Shown piece by piece: positions 38,905 through 47,858 of a stretch of 64,000 nt of DNA. Source of the stretch: a virus (lineage: Duplodnaviria; Caudoviricetes); IMG/VR virus record IMGVR_UViG_3300011008_000028, one strand, 5' to 3'. The notes beneath the pieces are model-generated. The model ran no database searches. It was not told where the DNA came from and saw nothing but the letters and a program-made list of their open reading frames with translations. The translations under genes were made by a program, and so were the position numbers. Within the stretch, counting starts at the first letter, position 1, and every line of letters starts with the position of its first letter.

Positions 38905-39006
38905 TCATATCACCTCTACAAAAAGATTACTTCTCGGTTTAGAGGCTGCATAAATACAAAAGAGAAGCAGGGGGTAACCCCCTGCTTCTCCATATCCAAC
39001 ACACTC

Positions 39007-39708
39007 TCACATGTCGAGATCGACATGCGGTATGGGAGCGTCATCGACGACATCATCGATCACGTCATCAGCCGCTACAACGTCATCTTCGGAGATATCA
39101 ACCGCATCCGGGTTGTCATCGACTTCGTTGAGCTTCTTCTTGTGATTGTGAACGATTATTGCCGTTGTGGTTACGCCTGCAGCAATGATCGCGGCGGCGA
39201 TAACACTGATAAGAATGATCTTTGTCTTGCGGTTCTTGCGGTATTCTTCGCTGAGTGCAGCTAGTGTAAGAACTTCTGTAGGACCAATCCTGAGACGGCC
39301 AATTGCCTGCGGACCGCTGAGGAGATACTCGGTAAGTGTCTTCTTGTTTACCTTCTCGGGCTTCAGAGACTCAACCACAGTAGATGCCGAAACATCAATA
39401 TCTGTATCCTCTTCCTCAGCAGTGGCAATAACGGAATCTTCGACCTCCATAAGAGTATCGAGATTCGTCGAGATCTCCGCCAGTTCAGCAGTCGTTGCAG
39501 GCGCCTTGTTGAACTTGAGATAAAGTTCACCCTTCTTCTCGAGCATTTCCGCACCGAAGATTGCCATGATCACTCCGGCATTGATTGCCGCCCTCTGCTG
39601 ATCGCAGTACGTGGAATCCCACTTGTCCGACTCGATGTTTGACTTGATCGCATTGATTGTCTCGGGCATTTCATTGATTATACCCTGTGCATATGTTATT
39701 TTTGCCAT
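39007..39708 (-). CDS. Membrane-anchored hypothetical protein with acidic tail
   Basis: TM helix IILISVIAAAIIAAGVTTTAIIV, D-rich C-terminus. Confidence 0.75.
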   Translation of the reverse strand: MAKITYAQGIINEMPETINAIKSNIESDKWDSTYCDQQRAAINAGVIMAIFGAEMLEKKGELYLKFNKAPATTAELAEISTNLDTLMEVEDSVIATAEEEDTDIDVSASTVVESLKPEKVNKKTLTEYLLSGPQAIGRLRIGPTEVLTLAALSEEYRKNRKTKIILISVIAAAIIAAGVTTTAIIVHNHKKKLNEVDDNPDAVDISEDDVVAADDVIDDVVDDAPIPHVDLDM

Positions 39709-39724
39709 GATAGTTTCCTCCTTA

Positions 39725-40093
39725 TTACTTCTTGGCAGTGTGTTGGATGACTTTCGATATCAGGCTTATTAAGTCTGAATCCTCAATGGTCATGGTTTCA
39801 TTCCCGATACTTCCTGATATTTTGAAGATTCTTTTTAGTATCTTATATTCAAGCTGTAGCTTGAAAGGAATGCCTTTGGTTTCTTCGATACCAACGATTG
39901 GGTTGATCGTAACTGTGAGATTACTGATTTTTGGTTTGGCACATGCCTGAACCAATATACTCACATGATTCCCATCCGGTGCATCGAATATTAATTTTCC
40001 TTGCCAGGTATCCGGCTTAAGTGACAACTTCAGGTTGCTACACAATTCCTTGTTGTCAACCATGATCGGACCTGGCGGAAGTTTTAGAAGCAT
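39725..40093 (-). CDS. Hypothetical protein
   Basis: ORF track, AAGGAGG SD, TATATTAT at 40140-40147. Confidence 0.7.
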   Translation of the reverse strand: MLLKLPPGPIMVDNKELCSNLKLSLKPDTWQGKLIFDAPDGNHVSILVQACAKPKISNLTVTINPIVGIEETKGIPFKLQLEYKILKRIFKISGSIGNETMTIEDSDLISLISKVIQHTAKK

Positions 40094-40172
40094 TTAGTAA
40101 CCCTCCTTTTCAGTAATATTTCTTTTGCTTCTTAATTTAATAATATATACGTGAAAATTCGGGTTATTCCAT

Positions 40173-40931
40173 TTACTTCATTGCATCGATAATATACGAT
40201 ATCGGCTCTGATAATTCCAGTTCCTCGGGCAAAGGCTCTGTGTACTTCTTATCAACAAAGAACTCGTACAAGACAAAAATATCATATATTTTCGAATACC
40301 AACTCCACAATGTGAGTTCGTTTTTGTTAGCTAGGTTATGTAGCATCTGTCTCATCATTGCAGGGATGTCTCTGGAGCCGGTATGATAACCGAAAGAGAT
40401 TGCTCTTTCATTGAGCTGTTGCAAACGAGGGTCATCTCGGTAACCGTTTCCTGCAATGATTGCCATTATGGTCTCATGTATCCCTGCTTCCTTGCGAATG
40501 TATGTTGCCAGGGCATTGTGAATCAACAATCCGATTCGCTGTGGAGTACCAACTCTTTTGTATGATCGTAAGGCGTCAATGGCGGATTGAGCGGAAACAA
40601 ATCGTTTGATCGGAATTATAGCAGGGAGTATGTCGGAATAGTTATGAATATGCATGTAAATAACATATTCATTATTGGAATTTATCCCCAGTAGATACTC
40701 AGGTGCTTTATCTTCAGTATTGACCTTTCGATCACCAATGTATACTTCTGGATGCCCTGGTTTGGCATCTTTGATTACATATGTAACTGATGGATCATGG
40801 GTCTGTTTCAAATCATACCATTCTCTGGTTACATACTCAACTCTGTTTGGGTTGAATGCATCCCACTGTTTGGTGAGATCTACCTCAATAACTCTGGTGT
40901 TATTGTTAATATTATTATCAGTACTAAGCAT
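40173..40931 (-). CDS. Hypothetical protein
   Basis: ORF track, GGAGGT SD. Confidence 0.75.
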   Translation of the reverse strand: MLSTDNNINNNTRVIEVDLTKQWDAFNPNRVEYVTREWYDLKQTHDPSVTYVIKDAKPGHPEVYIGDRKVNTEDKAPEYLLGINSNNEYVIYMHIHNYSDILPAIIPIKRFVSAQSAIDALRSYKRVGTPQRIGLLIHNALATYIRKEAGIHETIMAIIAGNGYRDDPRLQQLNERAISFGYHTGSRDIPAMMRQMLHNLANKNELTLWSWYSKIYDIFVLYEFFVDKKYTEPLPEELELSEPISYIIDAMK

Positions 40932-41002
40932 GATACTGTACCTCCAATGAAAATATATATTATAATGATGGGTGGAAATAAACTAATGAAAGGAAATGTG
41001 AT

Positions 41003-41293
41003 ATGAAAGATAAGAATGAATATATCTATGCAATAGATACTGAGAAATATTTTCACGAAGCAAAACCCGTCGGGAAGATATATGATTTATGGCGAATTCC
41101 ATGTAGTAATCCAGGCCCAGGGATCAAACTAGCCAGGTTCAAATATGACCATACATCAAAGTCTTGGCTATGGTTAAGTTTCGAAATGTTCAAAGATTTC
41201 GTCAAATATCAAAACATATTGACATATATCAAAAATTTCAATACCAAGGAGGAAGTCATCAGATGGAATTCGATGAAAAGTTTATTGAAGTAG
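41003..41293 (+). CDS. Hypothetical protein
   Basis: ORF track, AAAGGA SD, TATATTAT at 40956-40963. Confidence 0.65.
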   Translation: MKDKNEYIYAIDTEKYFHEAKPVGKIYDLWRIPCSNPGPGIKLARFKYDHTSKSWLWLSFEMFKDFVKYQNILTYIKNFNTKEEVIRWNSMKSLLK

Positions 41294-44200
41294 AAGCAGG
41301 AGAGATCACCAAGAAATGGCAAAGTGTATATGCGTACAACATTGTCATCGCCAGGATGATCCCAGAATTGATTGATGGTCTCAATCCTGTTAAGCGCAGA
41401 GCTATCTATACTATGTTTCTAAAAGATGGAGGGAAGAATTTCAGGAAGGTGTTAGCGATTTCGGGAGACACCGTCGGTAAGGTCCATCCTCATTCCAGCA
41501 CTTCAATCGAAAGTGCAATTGTGGGGATGGGACAGCCATGGAAAAATACGATCCCCCTAATCGAAAGAAAAGGTAATTACGGGACCTGCTATGATGAGGA
41601 TACAGAAGTATTGGTATTGGGTTATGCAGATGCTCCTAATACGGTATCATGGGTAAAATGGAAAGATTTCTATGATAAATGTTCAGGGAAGCTCGGTTCC
41701 TGTGATATTGAAACCGGTGAATGGTTATGGGAGGAACCTAGCAACCTTGTCAAGTACAATATGAAAGAAAGATATGCCGATGAACCTGAGAAGATGATCA
41801 TGATTGTCGGTAAGAACTCCGGAGCAGGTGGAGCTCCTGGTGGAGCAGTTGACTCTTCCGGAGGTGGACAGACAGGGGTAAGCTCTACCGCTGGTGCTCC
41901 TACAAATGATCCATCCTTGAATAACCCTATCGATTTAGGCGAAACCCCTCCTGCACCTGGTGGGGCAAATAAGTTCATCGACTTCATGGTTACCGAAGAT
42001 CATAACATGGTCATCAAGGCCGTGTCTCCTGCTCCCGATGAAGATAAGTTTGAATTCCGTAAAGCAAATGATCTTCCTGATGTATTCCAGACTAAGGTCA
42101 AGGATATCATAATTCCGGAAGAGAGGAAAGGATTCGGCGAGAAACACATTCTCCCTACTCCCAACATGGAACCATATGGACTGTGGCAGCCTGATACAGA
42201 GTACAAGGATCCAGATGATCTTGTGTGGGTAGTTGATGCATTTGGCAAATCAGATCTCCCGATGAATATCTTCTTGAAGGTGATATCTGTCTTCCTGGCA
42301 TATGGTAAACTCACAACGGAAGACAAGATTGAACTCAATGACGATGCAACGAAGGTTGATCTGGATGATCTGAAAGGGCTGTTTGAGTTCGAGGATGACA
42401 CCCATATTACTGATGGGAACATTGTGGCATTCTTCAAAGGATATGATGAACCGATCATGCCTCCTACAGAAGAAGGTGAAGGAGGCGAGGAAGAAGCGGA
42501 AGAGGAAGAATATCCGGCATTCATCCCATATGGGATATTCATGATGAATACCGAGAATATCGAAACATTCTTCTCGACATATGCTGAAGTAACTCAGTCG
42601 TCTCCTCTGATGATCAAAACCACAACACAGGATATCCAGTATCAATTCCAGGCATTGGCTGTTATGACAAGCAAGTTCACATCATTGGGGCAAACCGATC
42701 CTGAATGTAAGCATCCTGTTGGTAAGGCCCAGGCAGGAAAGTTCAAATACATCGTTGAATGCAAACCTGAATTCGAACCTCGAATCGAGAAGAAGACGGC
42801 AATCAGTACTGTTGAGTACAAAGGTGATGTTTACTGTGCTGAGATGCCTACACATCACACCATGGTCACCAGACGTAATGAAGTCACACTGATTGCAGGT
42901 AACTGCTCCGGTGATAGTGCAGGCGCTCCTCGTTACATTCAGGCAAAGCTCTCTGAATATGCTCAGGCATGTTACTTCGAAGACTGGAAAGATTCCGTTG
43001 TTGATATGGAACTTGCATATGATGAAGAGACAATGATGCCTAACTATCTCCCGGCCAAGTACCCGAATGTATTGGTCAACGGCTGTTTGGGTGTTGCATA
43101 TGGTATCTCGGTACAGATTCCATCGTACAACTTCAAAGAAGTTCTTGATGCGACAATCATGTTGATGAGAGATCCAAATGCAAATATCATTCTGATACCA
43201 GATTCTCCTACGGGAGCGGACATCATCGAGGCCGACTTCGGAGCAATCACGAAACGCGGCAAAGGCGTATATATGCAGAGATGCCGGTATGAGATTGATC
43301 CCGAAAGCAACATGATCACAATTACAGCACTTCCCGAGCGTAGTACAGCAAATGCTGTTCGTGAGACCATTGCAAATATCAAGGAGAAGGGTGGACTGTC
43401 TGAACTTCTGGCAATGAATGATCTCTCCGGTGTTGATATCAAGATCGAACTGATCATTCGTGATGACGTAAATCCATACAAGTTCATGAAGAAGTTGATC
43501 TCACAGGTAGCTGGGCTTGAACAGTCATACCCTGTAACAGTACGAGTGACATCCGACTATATGCTCTTCAAATATTCCATCCCGCAAGTATTGCTTGAAT
43601 GGATCAAGTGGAGAAGGGAACAGAAACGAACTGTCCTGTCTAACAAGAGAGGAACATTGTACGGAGAGCAGAGAGTTAATGATATCAAACTCTTCATCAT
43701 GAACCCGCAGAATCTGAAGGATACACTGGATATTTTCAGACACTCTCACAACCGACAGGAGATTGAAGAGAAGCTGATTGCCAAGTATCGTCATACCGAG
43801 ATCATGATGGATTCCGTTCAGGCTCGTGCTCTGTCTAACATGAGAATGATCGAACTAACGATCGATGCTTATGAAGGATATAAGAAAAGGGCAGAAGAAA
43901 TCCGCAAGGAACTGCAGGAGATCGAGGACACACTGAATGCGGATGACGGTGTTGACAAGGTAATCATTGCGGAACTGAGAGAAGGTATTAAACGTTTCGG
44001 GAAACCAAGACGTTCAAGAGTTGTTCCATACCAGATTTCTGTATCCAATGAGGTCGATGGTTGGTGCATACTGCAGCTGTCTTCGGACGGTACAATCATT
44101 CGAATTCCGGCAACCAACGCAGATACTGAACCCGTTCCTACCGATACCAATGGATTTGCATGTCTGGTAGATAATGACGCTTCGTTCATTCTGATAGATG

Positions 44201-44928
44201 ATAAGGGATTCCATACATTTATTCGGGTCAAGGAACTGCCGGTGAACTCTGAAGTTCCTGTGTTCCGGTATTCCAAGAAACCATTGGATGGGAAGGTTGT
44301 TGCAATGCTTCCATTCGATATCGAGTCGGATAAGTGTTGTACATTGATATCCAGACAGGGTGTTGTCAAGAAGGTTCGCATTGCCGATATTGGCCCGTCA
44401 AAGAAGCCGATAATCACAATCGACAAGGATGATCGGATTGTGAAGGGAATCGTACTCAGAGCAAAGTCTCAGAAGGATCTCCTTATATATACCAAGAATG
44501 GTATGGGACAGAGACTTGATCCTAACTCCATCCGGATCACCTCCCCATCTGCCAAGGGTATGAATGGATTCAAACTGAAGAATGATGATGAGATATGCGG
44601 AGTATATTCAATCTCCCCAGAAGAGAATTCGTATCTGTTGTATGTAACAGCCAAGGGTAAGATGAGACTTAACCTCATTGACTATCTCCCTACCAGAGAA
44701 TCCAAACATGATTCAATGGTGCAGCTCATCATGCTTAATGACAGAGATAAGCTGGTGGCTGTTGCCGGTTGTAACAAACTCGACAAGGCAACGGTGTACT
44801 ATGATGACTCTGATTCGGAGACTATCGATATTAGCAAACTTCCGGAGTCTACAATGGCAAGTGAACCCAAGAAGGTCACATCGAAGAATGCGGTATCAAA
44901 CAACATTACCAAGGTCAAAATAAACTAA
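41263..44928 (+). CDS. gyrA: Type IIA topoisomerase subunit A (GyrA/ParC-like) containing an intein
   Basis: RMIPELIDGLNPVKRR, GKVHPH, GNYG, GDSAGAPRY (catalytic Tyr), PNVLVNG, beta-pinwheel-like CTD; start MEFDE after AAGGAGG. Confidence 0.9.
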   Translation: MEFDEKFIEVEAGEITKKWQSVYAYNIVIARMIPELIDGLNPVKRRAIYTMFLKDGGKNFRKVLAISGDTVGKVHPHSSTSIESAIVGMGQPWKNTIPLIERKGNYGTCYDEDTEVLVLGYADAPNTVSWVKWKDFYDKCSGKLGSCDIETGEWLWEEPSNLVKYNMKERYADEPEKMIMIVGKNSGAGGAPGGAVDSSGGGQTGVSSTAGAPTNDPSLNNPIDLGETPPAPGGANKFIDFMVTEDHNMVIKAVSPAPDEDKFEFRKANDLPDVFQTKVKDIIIPEERKGFGEKHILPTPNMEPYGLWQPDTEYKDPDDLVWVVDAFGKSDLPMNIFLKVISVFLAYGKLTTEDKIELNDDATKVDLDDLKGLFEFEDDTHITDGNIVAFFKGYDEPIMPPTEEGEGGEEEAEEEEYPAFIPYGIFMMNTENIETFFSTYAEVTQSSPLMIKTTTQDIQYQFQALAVMTSKFTSLGQTDPECKHPVGKAQAGKFKYIVECKPEFEPRIEKKTAISTVEYKGDVYCAEMPTHHTMVTRRNEVTLIAGNCSGDSAGAPRYIQAKLSEYAQACYFEDWKDSVVDMELAYDEETMMPNYLPAKYPNVLVNGCLGVAYGISVQIPSYNFKEVLDATIMLMRDPNANIILIPDSPTGADIIEADFGAITKRGKGVYMQRCRYEIDPESNMITITALPERSTANAVRETIANIKEKGGLSELLAMNDLSGVDIKIELIIRDDVNPYKFMKKLISQVAGLEQSYPVTVRVTSDYMLFKYSIPQVLLEWIKWRREQKRTVLSNKRGTLYGEQRVNDIKLFIMNPQNLKDTLDIFRHSHNRQEIEEKLIAKYRHTEIMMDSVQARALSNMRMIELTIDAYEGYKKRAEEIRKELQEIEDTLNADDGVDKVIIAELREGIKRFGKPRRSRVVPYQISVSNEVDGWCILQLSSDGTIIRIPATNADTEPVPTDTNGFACLVDNDASFILIDDKGFHTFIRVKELPVNSEVPVFRYSKKPLDGKVVAMLPFDIESDKCCTLISRQGVVKKVRIADIGPSKKPIITIDKDDRIVKGIVLRAKSQKDLLIYTKNGMGQRLDPNSIRITSPSAKGMNGFKLKNDDEICGVYSISPEENSYLLYVTAKGKMRLNLIDYLPTRESKHDSMVQLIMLNDRDKLVAVAGCNKLDKATVYYDDSDSETIDISKLPESTMASEPKKVTSKNAVSNNITKVKIN
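41587..42903 (+). mobile_element. Intein (439 aa) with degenerate LAGLIDADG region
   Basis: N-terminus CYDEDTEVL, block B VTEDHNM, block F/G YKGDVYCAEMPTHHTMVTRRN...IAGN followed by Cys+1. Removal restores GNYGT-CSGDSAGAPRY. Confidence 0.88.
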
Positions 44929-44931
44929 ACA

Positions 44932-44957
44932 AAAGGCAGGGTTTAAACCCTGCCTTT
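44932..44957 (+). terminator. Intrinsic terminator after gyrA
   Basis: aaaggcagggtttaaaccctgccttt followed by a T-rich tract. Confidence 0.8.
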
Positions 44958-44980
44958 ATTTTATATTTTGGAGGTAAATC

Positions 44981-45175
44981 ATGTTAATCGATTCGAAATA
45001 TTATCCAAGATATGTTTGGGTTGTTAGTTATTGTGATGGCAATGATAATGAGCCAACCGTTACGGTGTTTGACAATAAAGAAGCAGCAGAAAAATGTTAT
45101 GATGCATTTAAGGAAGGTCATAACCGAGTTGCGATTGATGAAGCGCCGGTTTATAAGCAATTCAATTTATTATAA
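44981..45175 (+). CDS. Hypothetical protein
   Basis: ORF track, GGAGGT SD. Confidence 0.75.
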   Translation: MLIDSKYYPRYVWVVSYCDGNDNEPTVTVFDNKEAAEKCYDAFKEGHNRVAIDEAPVYKQFNLL

Positions 45176-45204
45176 AATCAATTTGTTCATGGAGGAGGGA
45201 TAAA

Positions 45205-45453
45205 ATGGAGCCTAACCTAAAATTTACCATTACTGATACTACCAAATTTGAAGAAGGTATAGACGGCCCTTGTGTTATCAAAGGTGCTGACAAGGGTATC
45301 GATATTGTCTTCATTAGAATCACTGATTCTAAAGTAAAATTTAAAGGCAATCAAGATACGATCCGTCAAATTGCTCGATCTAATCATATCAGTATGAACA
45401 AAGCTCGGAAACGATTTGCAAGGATTTATCGCGCCATCGTTAACATCTCATAG
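45205..45453 (+). CDS. Hypothetical protein
   Basis: ORF track, GGAGGAGG SD. Confidence 0.75.
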   Translation: MEPNLKFTITDTTKFEEGIDGPCVIKGADKGIDIVFIRITDSKVKFKGNQDTIRQIARSNHISMNKARKRFARIYRAIVNIS

Positions 45454-45474
45454 TCATATGCTTCTCTTAAGAAA

Positions 45475-45585
45475 TCGGCGGGCGCTATTCGGTGGTCACT
45501 CGTATCACGGTGCTTCAGATGGTGCATTCTATTGCGACCTGACTGGTACTGTGTCTGGTTCCAACTGGAATATTGGCGCCCGCCT
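45475..45585 (+). repeat. DGR variable-repeat-like cassette, copy 2 (inside a possible 68-aa mini-ORF 45458-45664)
   Basis: Translates RRALFGGHSYHGASDGAFYCDLTGTVSGSNWNIGARL(SLKP); followed by hairpin acatccc-attc-gggatgt (45630-45647); ATG 45458 has no SD. Confidence 0.85.
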
Positions 45586-45690
45586 CTCCCTGAAACCGAC
45601 CGCGGAAGGGAGAATCAAGAGACTTGGAAACATCCCATTCGGGATGTGTCGCCAGATGCAATAATTAACAGATAAAAATTATTGAAATGA

Positions 45691-45698
45691 TATATTAT
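45691..45698 (+). promoter_or_regulatory. Phage early-type promoter motif TATATTAT (representative plus-strand copy)
   Basis: Same motif at 40956, 45691, 48429, 54861 and 59260, all intergenic and upstream of plus-strand genes. Confidence 0.7.
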
Positions 45699-45723
45699 AA
45701 ACATAAGAAAGGAGTTGAGAGCA

Positions 45724-47853
45724 ATGACATTTGAAAAGATCTTATCTGATGTATCTATGGATATTATGAGCTTACAGGATGCATATAATGAAATTCTTAA
45801 GAAAGATCATTTTAAAAAGATCAATTATTATGCCCATATCAATGATATCAGCAAAGAGCCAATGAGCGAAGGGCAGTTGCAGGAATTGGAAGCAATTGTG
45901 GATATACTTCAGATACTGTATAATTCCAGTGTCGGCAGCCCTGTTACCGATTCTGATTTTGATTCTCTACAGGAAACACTTGTTAGTATGGGCATACCAA
46001 GACTGTCTGGTAGTCTGGAGATCAATGACAATAACAAAGTCAGCGGGATGTTTACGACTCTGCGGGGTACATTGGGTAAAACTTACTATCTGTATCCTGA
46101 TGAAATCCGTACCAACAAATCCCGAGACTATCTCGATGATTGGATCAAACGTACTGAAGCTCTGTATGAGCGGAAGACTGGAAAGAAGATTGATCTGAAT
46201 AAAGTGAAATGTGTTGTTCAAAGCAAATTCGATGGGGTAAGCGTAACTCTCGAATACAGTGGAGAGAAGCCTGTGTGGATTAGCCGAGGAGATACCAAAG
46301 CCAACAGGGCATCTGATGTGAGTCATCATATGAAACAATTCAACGATGTCTTCTGCAATGATGGTCCAATTGGTATCAAGTTCGAATGTATGATGAGCGA
46401 GGAGAACTTCGAATATATCAATTCCCTAATAAGTAATCCTCAGTTACGGTATCACAATTCCAGGCAGGTTGTGACATCTACACTGAACTCAGGTGAAGCG
46501 GATTTCAAATCAGAATATCTGTATCCCGTACCATTGCGTGTTATACACCCTGGGGAAGATATGGAAGAGATTCATCCAGATATGTATGCGAAGTTCCCGA
46601 CTGTTGTATGCACATTCGGGGATCGTGATATCATCAAGAAGTTCGCAAATGAACATCGGTATGTTGAATATCGCGGGATGCATTTCCGGACAGATGGTGC
46701 CGTATTGACAATACTTGATCCTGAAATAAGACGCGTCCTTGGTCGTGAAGAGAATGTTAATAAGTTCGAAGTCGCGTATAAGTTCACCGAAGAACAGGCC
46801 ATTACCAAAGTCAAGAAGGTCGAGTTCTATGTATCCAATTTCGGGTTTGTGACTCCAGTACTTGTGGTGAATGATGTAATCCTTAAGGGTAATACAATCA
46901 ACCACATATCTCTGTCCAATAAGGAACGGTTTGATGAGCTTGATCTTCATTACGGTGATGAAGTCAAGGTACTATATGACATCATTCCGTATGTGATCAT
47001 CGATCCGATGTGCAATCGGCAGCCACATGGTCGGAAGATCGAGTTCGTCCGTTTCTGTCCAAGATGCGGTCATGAGCTGAATCTGAATACTACTCAAATC
47101 CAGTGTAAGAACCCATCCTGTCCATGTAAAGTCATCGGCAATATTCTGAACTATTGTCAGGGAGTGAGGATCCAGAATATTGGTTATTCCACCCTAGAGC
47201 AACTGTGGAATGCCGGACTTCTTAAGAATGGAATTCGTTCATTGTATAAGCTCAAGAAGAAGGCAAATGAGATTACCGATCTTGAAGGATTTGGGCAACT
47301 CAAGGCAAGGAAGATCATTTCGGAAATCGAAGCGAAACGTCGGCTTCCGGATTATATCTTCTTCGGGTCCATTGGAATACAAGGCCTGTCTACGAAATCC
47401 TTCCAGGAAATATTCAGCAAAGTACCTCTGGATGATTTCGTCAATATGATCAAGGCGAAATCGTTTGAACTACTGAGAGAACGGCTATTGATGGCAAACA
47501 CCATCGGCGCTGTGAAGACTGGTGATCTCGTGAACTGGCTCAAGGATACAAAGAACCGCACTGAACTATTCAAACTCATGGATGAGTTGTTGATCAAAGA
47601 ATCTTACTCTGCTGCAGAAGTATCCAAGAATATGATCAAGATTGTATTCTCTGGATGTAGACCATCTGAAGAGATGAGAGCAATGTTAACGAATCATGGA
47701 TATGAAGTATGCGACAATTGGCATTCTCAGGCCAGGTATCTGGTCATCCCCAGGAATGGATTCACATCCAGTAAGGTTAACAAAGCCATGAGTAAAGGCA
47801 TCCCGATAATAACTATCGGAAATATAACAAGAGATATACCAGGTCTCATATAA
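45724..47853 (+). CDS. ligA: NAD-dependent DNA ligase
   Basis: KFDG adenylation motif, SRGD, RTDGAV, AYKF, OB fold, CPRC..C....C Zn finger, HhH, BRCT-like tail. Confidence 0.93.
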   Translation: MTFEKILSDVSMDIMSLQDAYNEILKKDHFKKINYYAHINDISKEPMSEGQLQELEAIVDILQILYNSSVGSPVTDSDFDSLQETLVSMGIPRLSGSLEINDNNKVSGMFTTLRGTLGKTYYLYPDEIRTNKSRDYLDDWIKRTEALYERKTGKKIDLNKVKCVVQSKFDGVSVTLEYSGEKPVWISRGDTKANRASDVSHHMKQFNDVFCNDGPIGIKFECMMSEENFEYINSLISNPQLRYHNSRQVVTSTLNSGEADFKSEYLYPVPLRVIHPGEDMEEIHPDMYAKFPTVVCTFGDRDIIKKFANEHRYVEYRGMHFRTDGAVLTILDPEIRRVLGREENVNKFEVAYKFTEEQAITKVKKVEFYVSNFGFVTPVLVVNDVILKGNTINHISLSNKERFDELDLHYGDEVKVLYDIIPYVIIDPMCNRQPHGRKIEFVRFCPRCGHELNLNTTQIQCKNPSCPCKVIGNILNYCQGVRIQNIGYSTLEQLWNAGLLKNGIRSLYKLKKKANEITDLEGFGQLKARKIISEIEAKRRLPDYIFFGSIGIQGLSTKSFQEIFSKVPLDDFVNMIKAKSFELLRERLLMANTIGAVKTGDLVNWLKDTKNRTELFKLMDELLIKESYSAAEVSKNMIKIVFSGCRPSEEMRAMLTNHGYEVCDNWHSQARYLVIPRNGFTSSKVNKAMSKGIPIITIGNITRDIPGLI

Positions 47854-47858
47854 AGGAA

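Noticed and set aside
41587-42903. Active homing endonuclease in the GyrA intein
   Set aside because: Both LAGLIDADG-like helices lack the catalytic acidic residues.
18195-45585. Calling the repeat pair a canonical DGR template/variable pair
   Set aside because: At 7 of 16 mismatches neither copy has A, each copy has non-A where the other has A, and no RT or avd ORF is recognisable in the window.
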